NCBI GenBank assembly: GCA_965240325.2
Contig: OZ251223.1
Coordinates: forward strand, 3,720,001-3,784,000
Source: Rebecca billardiae RCC1528
Taxonomy: Eukaryota; Protista; Haptophyta
Direction of reading: 5' to 3'
Length of the DNA stretch: 64,000 bases
How positions within the stretch are numbered: position 1 is the first letter of the stretch; every line of letters begins with the position of its first letter. Shown in pieces: positions 56,104 to 64,000 of this stretch. Under the pieces are notes generated by a model. It did no database searches, had not been told where the DNA came from, and saw only the letters and a list, made by a program, of their open reading frames with translations. Both the position numbers and the translations under genes were made by a program.

Positions 56104-57772
56104 TGGCCCGCGGTGCAGGGCGGAGCGCGCAGCGTGGAGCCCGCACCAGCGGGCCCGAACAACGTTTCAAAAAGATCTTTGATCAAGAAAAAAGGGACGG
56201 GGGACGATTTTCATGGCTGGAGGAGACCGAGTTTCGAATTTTGAGACCCTCTCTAACGTATGCATCACGGCCGAAAAAGGTCGCGCCCACGGCAAGTTCA
56301 TAGTAAAGCGTGGAGTGACGCCCGTCCAAAAAACTTCACGCCCTTTAGGATCCCTAACGTAACGAACCGTTACAAGCGATTTTTCCGGCCAATGAGATTG
56401 CAGCAAGGTCCAAGGAGCGATGACGTATCTAGATACAGATTGCCGCGAACCGATGTGATCCCATGTACGTCCCTTGAATCAGTTGAATCAACTATTCAAT
56501 CGCGCCGTGTCTGTATCAGGAGCCGACGAGGCAAGGGTCAGTAGCCGATGGGCCAACCTCGGCGAATCTCAATACTATCTGACGCGAACGGACTTGGTTG
56601 GGCGCGCGCGTGGCCCCGGGCGGCGGCCCACCAGAGGCGGCCCGCGTTTGGAGGCGAGCCACGGGCACGAGGCTCGAGGACCAACGGGTGAGGACGGCGA
56701 TGGGCAGGTGCGCGCGGCGAATGGCGCCTGGAGCGCGCGGCTGCGGCGGGTCCCGACTGCCGTCGACATCGCGTTCGTCGTGCCCCCGCTCACTCCGCGC
56801 GCCCCCGCCGCCCCTGCCGCCCTGTCGATGCCTCGGCGCGGCCTTGCGCGGCCCCGCCGTGTCCGCGAGCCGGCGCCGCAGCCGCCGCCCTGTGTTCGGG
56901 CTCTCGCAAGCTCGGGGGCAGCGGCGCCTGATGCCGGACTGATCGATCTCTGAGCCTTCGACTTCACCACGCGCCGCCCTTGCCATGCCTTTCCGGGGTC
57001 TCCCAGAACTCTTCTTGATTGAGAGAGAGCAGGCGCGCCGACGATCCGAGTCCATCGTCGGTCGACTCTGAGCGAGGGCTACGCCTCGGAACTGAACGGT
57101 ACTCTACGAGGAGGACGAGCTGCGCGGGCGACGGTGGTGCGTGACGTCCCCAGAGCTGGCCGTGCCTCTGCAACGCGTGCCGAGCCTGATCGAGGTGTGT
57201 CAGCTGCCCGTGCACGCGCGGCGAGTGCGCGAACCGGATCACCGGTGCCCTCGCACCTCGGCACCGTGCTCCCTCGGGCTGTCAGCTCCGCGTGGCCTGG
57301 CGTGCACGTAGAGTTGCGCTCATGCGTCGATCACGCCTCGCGCCCGCCTGTCGGCCGTCGCGCAGGCGCTGGTCGAACCCTACTCGGACCCTACTCCTCC
57401 AGCCCTACTCCCGGGCGCTGCCGGCGCGGGGGGTGACCCCGGGGACAGCGGTCAGCAGCAGCGGCCCGAACGAATCCGCGGCCCCGCACCGTGCTCCCTG
57501 GCTGTCAGCTCCGCGTGGCCTGGTGTGCACGTGGAGTCGCGCTCATGCGTCGATCACGCCTCGTCGCATCCGCCTGTACACAATCGGCGCCGCGCCGGCG
57601 GCTGCAATGGGCCCGCCCGGCGCGGCGGGCGGCGGCGCGCCGCTGATGGAGTCTAGTTGTACGGGCATATGCAACTGGTCTGTCAATAGACGACTGCGAC
57701 GGAGGGTGCACCGCCACCGCGGGCCCTGAACTACGTTCGTTCTACGGAAAAAGGACCGCGGAACGCGGTCAT
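56104..57772 (+). mobile_element. Non-autonomous Helitron2/Helentron-like element, copy B (~1.67 kb)
   Basis: Starts TGGCCCGCGGTGCAGGG and ends CACCGCGGGCCC...GACCGCGGAACGCGGTCAT. Homologous to 2641-4336 (-), with AT-rich flanks and internal ~200-bp subrepeats. Confidence 0.75.
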
Positions 57773-58331
57773 ATTCCGAATTAAATATCTATAACATCAA
57801 TCCATCATCGTTTCGTATAGTAGTGTGGCGGGGTCGTTTCTGCTGGCGTGACGACTGATCGGTCCGAGTGATGAAGGATGCGACCTGCGGCCGGCCGCCG
57901 GGCGCCTTCTCCTCGGTCCTCCGGGGCCGGGCGAGCCCAGCGTCGCGGCGCCACGCGCCTCAGCGGCTGCGCCTCGGCGCTCGCGCTCGGCCTGCACGGC
58001 AGCCGTTCCGGGCTTGCCGCGCCTCTTGGCTCGCACGCCCACACAGCGCCGCCGGCCGATCTGGCGTACGTGCGCAGCCAAGTGCCCGAGCCAGTTGCCG
58101 CCTTGCCGGCGTCGGGCGCGCGGCGGATTTTCTTCGTCATAGAGACGCACACGCTGAACACCGTGACAGCTCCGAACGGAGTGCAGGCGAGCGGACAAAA
58201 ATAAAAAATACGACGCGAATCGCGTTGCGGACTCCCAACCCAAGCCGTGTTCCGTGTGCACCGAGCGACCGAGGGGCCGGAGGGCGAGGGTCCTGAACTC
58301 CTGACCGACCTGACCGCCCTGACGAGGCGCG

Positions 58332-59999
58332 ATGCTGGCCACCGCCCGCCGCTCGCTTGTCGTCCTCGCCACCGTGCTGACCCTGGTCAACGCCTCCGTG
58401 CCGCCGGCGGCCCTTCTCGAGCACGTACCGGCATGGGATGCCGCACGCGCCGCGCAAGCCGCGGCCTCCAAGCTGCGCCAGCATGTGACGAACTTCTGCA
58501 TGGACACGTACACGGACTGCGCGTCGTGGGCTGCCGTGGGTGAGTGCACAAGCAACCCGGTCTTCATGAACAGCGCATGCCGGGCTACGTGCAACGCGTG
58601 CACCTCGTCGGCGCAGGACAACCAGAACTTTGCAGAGGCCGCGCTGCTCGCCGTCCGCAACGCCAAGCTCGCACGTGCGCTCGCCAAGCAGGGCCTGGAC
58701 TCCACGCTCGACTCGTCTGAAGACGTGCTCCTCACGGCGCCGCCCAACCTGATGGATCTCCTCCCGGGCATGGCCGACAACACCGATGCGGCAGTGGTGG
58801 CGATCGTCGCACCGCCACCCAGTGCGCCGCCATCCCCGCCGACGCCTCCTCAATCACCGCCACCACCGAGCCCGCCGCCTCCCAGTCCGCCGCCGCCCAG
58901 CCCACCGCCGCCGAGCCCGCCGCCGCCAGGTGATGCGCCGCCGTCGACGCCGCCCGTGCCTCCAGGCGCCCCGCCCAGCCCGCCACCGAGCCCGCCGCCC
59001 AGTCCACCGCCGGGCCAGCCTCCTCCTCCGCCCTCGCCACCCAGCTCGCCTCCACGGGGCCCGCCGAGCCTGCCCCCGCCACGCCAGCCTCCATCGCAGC
59101 CGCCCGTCGCGGTCGATGCTGCGACCGCAATGCTGGAGCTCTCGAACGGCGTGCACATGCCCGCGCTCGGCTTCGGCACGTGGACGCTGACGGGCACGGC
59201 GTGCTACAGCGCCGTCAAGCAGGCGCTCGAGCTCGGCTACCGCCACATCGACACCTCCGAGAACTACGCCAACGAGGAGCAGGTCGCGGCCGCGCTCCGC
59301 GATTCGGGCGTGCCGCGTGAGCAGGTGTTCCTGGCGACCAAGCTGTCGAACCAGTCGTCGTTCGGCGGGGAGGAGGCGGTCGCGGCGCTGGAGGGGTCGA
59401 TGCGCCGGCTCAACACGACGTACATCGACCTGTACATGCTGCACGGCGCCCACCCCGACCCGGTGCGCATGCAGCAGACGTGGGCCGTGCTCGAGCAGGC
59501 GCAGGCCGAGGGCAAGATCCGCGCCCTCGGCGTGAGCAACTTCATGCCGCGCGACATCGATGTGATGCGCGCGTACGCGGTGCAGATGCCGGCTGTGGTG
59601 CAGAACAAGTTCTCGGTGTACCGGCCGGGCTCGTCCTTCAACTACGGCGGCGACGACGTCCTTGCCGAGCTGTACGCGCGCGAGATCAAGCTCACCGGCT
59701 ACTCCACCATCAACGCGTGGCCTGCGCTTGCCAGCCCCCTGGACGACTTGCACGTGATCGACATCGCCTCGGCGCACGGCCGCTCACCGGCGCAGGTCCT
59801 GATCAAATGGGCGTTGCAGAGCGGCGTGTCGGTGCTCACCCGCTCCGAGAAGCACGAGCACATCGTCGAGAACGCGGACGTCTTCTCGTGGCAGCTGGAG
59901 GATGCCGAGATGGCGCGGCTCTCAGCCCTGCACTGGCTCACGTTTGCGCCGTGGAACCGCCTGCCGGTCCACCCGCGGCACCACAAGGACGAGCTGTGA
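58332..59999 (+). CDS. ER-luminal aldo-keto reductase with N-terminal ShK domain and C-terminal KDEL
   Basis: Signal peptide, ShKT six-Cys motif (CMD..TDCASWA..GECTSNP.FM...CRATCNAC), Pro linker, AKR motifs (MPALGFGTW, GYRHIDTSENY, FLATK, IDLYMLH, GVSNF), ending KDEL*. Confidence 0.9.
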   Translation: MLATARRSLVVLATVLTLVNASVPPAALLEHVPAWDAARAAQAAASKLRQHVTNFCMDTYTDCASWAAVGECTSNPVFMNSACRATCNACTSSAQDNQNFAEAALLAVRNAKLARALAKQGLDSTLDSSEDVLLTAPPNLMDLLPGMADNTDAAVVAIVAPPPSAPPSPPTPPQSPPPPSPPPPSPPPPSPPPPSPPPPGDAPPSTPPVPPGAPPSPPPSPPPSPPPGQPPPPPSPPSSPPRGPPSLPPPRQPPSQPPVAVDAATAMLELSNGVHMPALGFGTWTLTGTACYSAVKQALELGYRHIDTSENYANEEQVAAALRDSGVPREQVFLATKLSNQSSFGGEEAVAALEGSMRRLNTTYIDLYMLHGAHPDPVRMQQTWAVLEQAQAEGKIRALGVSNFMPRDIDVMRAYAVQMPAVVQNKFSVYRPGSSFNYGGDDVLAELYAREIKLTGYSTINAWPALASPLDDLHVIDIASAHGRSPAQVLIKWALQSGVSVLTRSEKHEHIVENADVFSWQLEDAEMARLSALHWLTFAPWNRLPVHPRHHKDEL

Positions 60000-60842
60000 T
60001 CTGAGTGCTGATGACGTCGGAGTACCTACGATGCATTGGGCAGCCTGATACCTCGGGCGCGAGCATGCGGTCGCTACGACCGTGACGACCCAGCGGCGGC
60101 TGACTGCGCGCGTGCTAGGAGTGGCCCGATTCGACCAAGTCGCGCGCCACACGGCCACGCGCGCGCTGTGCCGCCCAATGCCCATCGAGCGGCGGCGCGC
60201 ACAGTGACTGCGTGCTGATCCAAGACCAAGGCGCTTGCAGGAGGCGACGCGGAAGACGGCGCCCGGGGCAAAGTGGGGGGCACTTAGTACTTACGTACTA
60301 CAGTTTACTAAGAATAAGAGACGCACGTACAGGTCACAGCTCAGGCAGGCGAGATCACTGTTGGCGTTGCGCAGCGGGCGGGAGGCGCGGCACCACGAAT
60401 CTCGCTTCATCTTCCCGTACTACCCCGTTCATATTCAAGTTGGTTTGTAATCGTGCATTGCTGTGTCATCAAATGACCGTCCTTTCTCACGGTTCGCCCA
60501 CCCGAAGTCAACTGAGTCTAGATACAAACATCCTCTTTCGGACCTCCCGCCCAAAATAGATGCTTCTGCTCGGGATGGCGATTGGTCGAGGCTAGAAATC
60601 TCTACTCCCCCATGATATTATTATGAGCAATCTGCGACTATCGCCCGACTAGCGCCTTTTCGATTTCCTGTATCTCCCCAACCACCGTCCGGTTAGGTTG
60701 CTTAATTTAGCGGAAGGGCCGTGGTGCTCACGAGGACGGAAGAAATTGCGAACGCCTGCGAACAGACACGCTGCTCACGAGGGGATCTGTCGAGGACCGC
60801 GGCTCGGGTCACAAGGCTACTTGCCCGCCGAACCACAAGCTC

Positions 60843-62107
60843 ATGGCACGCCACCACTCCACGGCACGCCCGAAGGGCGTGCTCTGCCGCGCGCTGGTGC
60901 TCGCAGCTGCCCAGCTGCTCGTGCCCATCGGGCGCGCGTCCGCCACCGCTTGTCGCACGGTGCCCATCGGCACGACTGCGGAGCTCAGTGCCGCGTTTGC
61001 CGACTTGCGCGCGTGTGACACGCTCGTGCTCGAGCCGACAACGTTCGAGGTTGCATCCACGCTGTGCGTGGACAAGGACGACGTGACGATCGCGTGCGCG
61101 AACACGAGCGCGCCGGCGGTGCTCACGCCGGGGCCGAGCCTCGCTGGCCGGCTGATGAAGGCCGACCACGCCGCGCGGCTCTCTCTCCACCGCCTTCGCT
61201 TCCAGGACGCAAGCCAGGGCGGCGCGCTCAAGGTGTACAGGTCGAGCGCCACGCTGAGCAACTGCACCTTCTACGACAACGGCGGCGTGTCTGACGGCGG
61301 CGGCGCGCTCATCTACCAGTCGACGGCGACGCTCGAGGACTGCGAATTCCGCGGCAACAGCGCGACGCAGGGTGCGGCGGCATGCTTCTTCGAGTCCTCC
61401 CTCTTGCTGATGCGCGGCCACTTCGACGACAACGTCGCGGCGTGGACGGGCGGCGCGGTGTACGCTGTCTCCTCGACGCTGGACGTGCACACGGCCAGCT
61501 TCGGCGCCTCCGTCGCCGGCGAGGTCGGCGGCGCGTGGTACGTGTACGCCTCGAGCTGGACGTGCCGAGGCTGCGCGTTTGCGGGGCCGGAGTGGCCGGG
61601 CGCGGCCGCGACCACGGGCGGCGCCGCGTACATCTACGGGAGCGCCGTCTTCGTGGAGGACTCGGCGTTCACGCACTTTGGCGTCTCCTCCTCGGGCGCC
61701 GCCGTGTACGCGTACGACGCCCGGCCCCTCGACGTGTCGCGCAGCTCGTTTGAGAACAACACCGCCGGCAGGTACGGCGGCGCGATCGCGGCCGAGTGGA
61801 GCACGCTGCGGGTCGCCATGAGCGCCTTCCGCGGGAACGAGGCGGAGCTCGGCGGTGGCGCGATCCTTCTGTCGGAGGGCTGCCTGCGGCTGCGCTGCAA
61901 CACCTTCGCCGCCAACGACGCCCCCGTCGGCGCGTGCGCCGCTGTCGAGCTCTGGGGCAGCGTCGAGCCGGGCTGCCTCGATGACGGCGCCGAGGACGGC
62001 TCCGACCGGCGCCGCGCGCGCCGGATGCTGAGCCTGGCGCGCGGCGCCGCGGGGAATGACGCGGGGACCGTGGCGCTCGAAGCTGCCGGGCGACGCCAGC
62101 TGACCTC

Positions 62108-62146
<39 letters not shown>

Positions 62147-64000
62147 TGTCGACGATGACTGCCACACCGGTGGAGGGCAGGACCGCCGCGCGCGCCGCCG
62201 CCTCGCGACCATGCCGGCGCTCGCAGGTGCACCGGCCTGGCTGCGCCGCTCGGAGGATCGGCCGGACGGGCTTGGCGGCGACGGTGAGCGCCGCCGCCTC
62301 GACCATCGCCGCCGCCGGCTCAGCGGTGATGACGACGACGACGACGACGACGGTGGCTTTGACATGTGCACCGATGCGGAAGCGACGATCGCATGTGACG
62401 CGTGTGACTCGCCAGCGTCGCCCCCGCCGCCTCCAAGCCCACCGCCGCCGCCACCGCCCGTGCGCCCGCCACCGTCTCCCCCCTCGCCGCCGCCGCCGCC
62501 ACCATCGCCGGCGCCGCCGCCACCAAGCCCGCCACCGAGCCCGCCGCCGCCACCGCCGCCGAGCCCGCCGCCGCCCCAACCGCCGGCGCAACCGCCACCG
62601 AGCTCGCCGCCACCGAGCTTGCCGCCGCCACCGCCGCCGAGCCCGCCGCCGCCCCAACCGCCGGCGCAACCGCCACCCAGCGCGCCGCCACCGAGCCCGC
62701 CGCCCAGCCCTCCACCGCCGAGCCCGCCGCCGCCACCGCCGCCATCGCCGCCGCCGTCGCCGCCGCCGTCGCCGCCGCCGCCCAGCTCACCACCGCCACC
62801 ACCGCCGTCGCCGCCACCCAGCCCGCCCCCAAGCCCGCCACCGCCGAGCCCGCCGCCGCCGCCGCCGCCATCGCCGCCGCCGTCGCCACCGCCGCCCAGC
62901 TCGCCACCGCCGCCACCACCGTCGCCGCCGCCAAGCCCGCCCCCGTCTCCGCCACCGCCCAGCCCGCCGCCGCCACCACCGCCATCGCCGCCGCCTTCGC
63001 CACCGCCGCCCAGCTCGCCACCGCCGCCACCGCCGTCGCCTCCGCCGAGCCCGCCGCCCAGCCCGCCGCCGCCCAGCCCGCCACCGCCGCCGCCGCCATC
63101 GCCGCCGCCCTCGCCACCGCCGCCCAGCTCGCCACCGCCGCCACCGCCGTCGCCTCCGCCGAGCCCGCCGCCCAGCCCGCCGCCGCCATCCCCGCCGCCG
63201 CCACCGCCGCCGTCGCCGCCGCCGTCGCCGCCGCCACCCAGCTCGCCACCGCCGCCACCGCCGTCGCCTCCGCCGAGCCCGCCGCCCAGCCCGCCACCGC
63301 CCAGCCCGCCGCCGCCGCCGCCGCCATCGCCGCCGCCATCGCCACCGCCGCCCAGCTCGCCGCCTCCGCCACCGCCGTCGCCACCACCGAGCCCGCCGCC
63401 GAGCCCTCCACCGCCGAGCCCGCCACCGCCACCGCCGCCATCTCCGCCGCCCTCGCCGCCCCCACCCAGCTCGCCACCGCCGCCACCACCGTCGCCGCCA
63501 CCAAGCCCGCCTCCGTCTCCGCCACCGCCCAGCCCGCCGCCGCCGCCGCCGCCATCGCCGCCGCCGTCGCCACCGCCGCCCAGCTCGCCACCGCCGCCAC
63601 CGCCGTCGCCTCCGCCGAGCCCGCCGCCCAGCCCGCCACCGCCCAGCCCGCCGCCGCCGCCGCCGCCATCGCCGCCGCCATCGCCACCGCCGCCCAGCTC
63701 ACCACCGCCGCCACCGCCGTCGCCGCCTCCGAGCCCGCCTCCGTCTCCGCCACCGCCGAGCCCGCCGCCGCCACCGCCGCCATCGCCGCCGCCGTCGCCA
63801 CCACCGCCCAGCTCGCCGCCTCCGCCACCGCCGTCGCCACCACCGAGCCCGCCGCCCAGCCCTCCACCGCCGAGCCCGCCGCCGCCACCGCCGCCATCTC
63901 CGCCGCCCTCGCCGCCCCCACCCAGCTCGCCACCGCCGCCACCACCGTCGCCGCCACCAAGCCCGCCTCCGTCTCCGCCACCGCCCAGCCCGCCGCCGCC
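60843..64000 (+). CDS. Paralog of the 41966-53530 beta-helix/extensin protein (5' part; runs off the window)
   Basis: ATG at 60843. 60823-62459 is the near-identical reverse complement of 51902-53550, followed by an open Ser-Pro repeat to the window edge. Confidence 0.88.

Noticed and set aside
34478-60822. The foldback element (34478-41749) and the spacer between the receptor paralogs (53551-60822) are both about 7272 bp
   Set aside because: They share no sequence, and the boundaries are uncertain by a few bases. Treated as coincidence.

Overview
Very GC-rich eukaryotic nuclear DNA with short GT(GCG)...CAG spliceosomal introns, compact divergent gene pairs and (TA)n tracts. It is most consistent with a haptophyte-like alga, but that is inferred from composition and gene content only. 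About 18 protein-coding genes are supported: an MFS transporter, a GH32/43-like beta-propeller, a multi-C1q/Pro-rich membrane protein, a phospholipid N-methyltransferase, an NPPF-type amino-methyltransferase, a MYND-finger protein, a candidate Ig-fold DNA-binding + PAS protein, a small LRGG-leader membrane protein, an LRR-TRP channel, a class I methyltransferase, a P-loop NTPase, a GST, an arylsulfatase, a BMT5-like methyltransferase, a ShK-AKR-KDEL protein, and two divergently oriented paralogs of a giant beta-helix/extensin protein. The complete paralog carries a GPS site and polycystin-1-like TM segments. Non-coding structure is rich. There are three copies or ends of a non-autonomous Helitron2/Helentron-like element, a ~580 bp MITE, a 2.7 kb element with ~876 bp TIRs and an ATTC TSD, and a 7.3 kb foldback palindrome with mirror-image 214-bp satellite arrays. 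The two giant paralogs share a ~1.64 kb near-identical inverted repeat around a 7.3 kb segment that could be invertible. All family assignments are by-eye motif recognition; no database searches were run.
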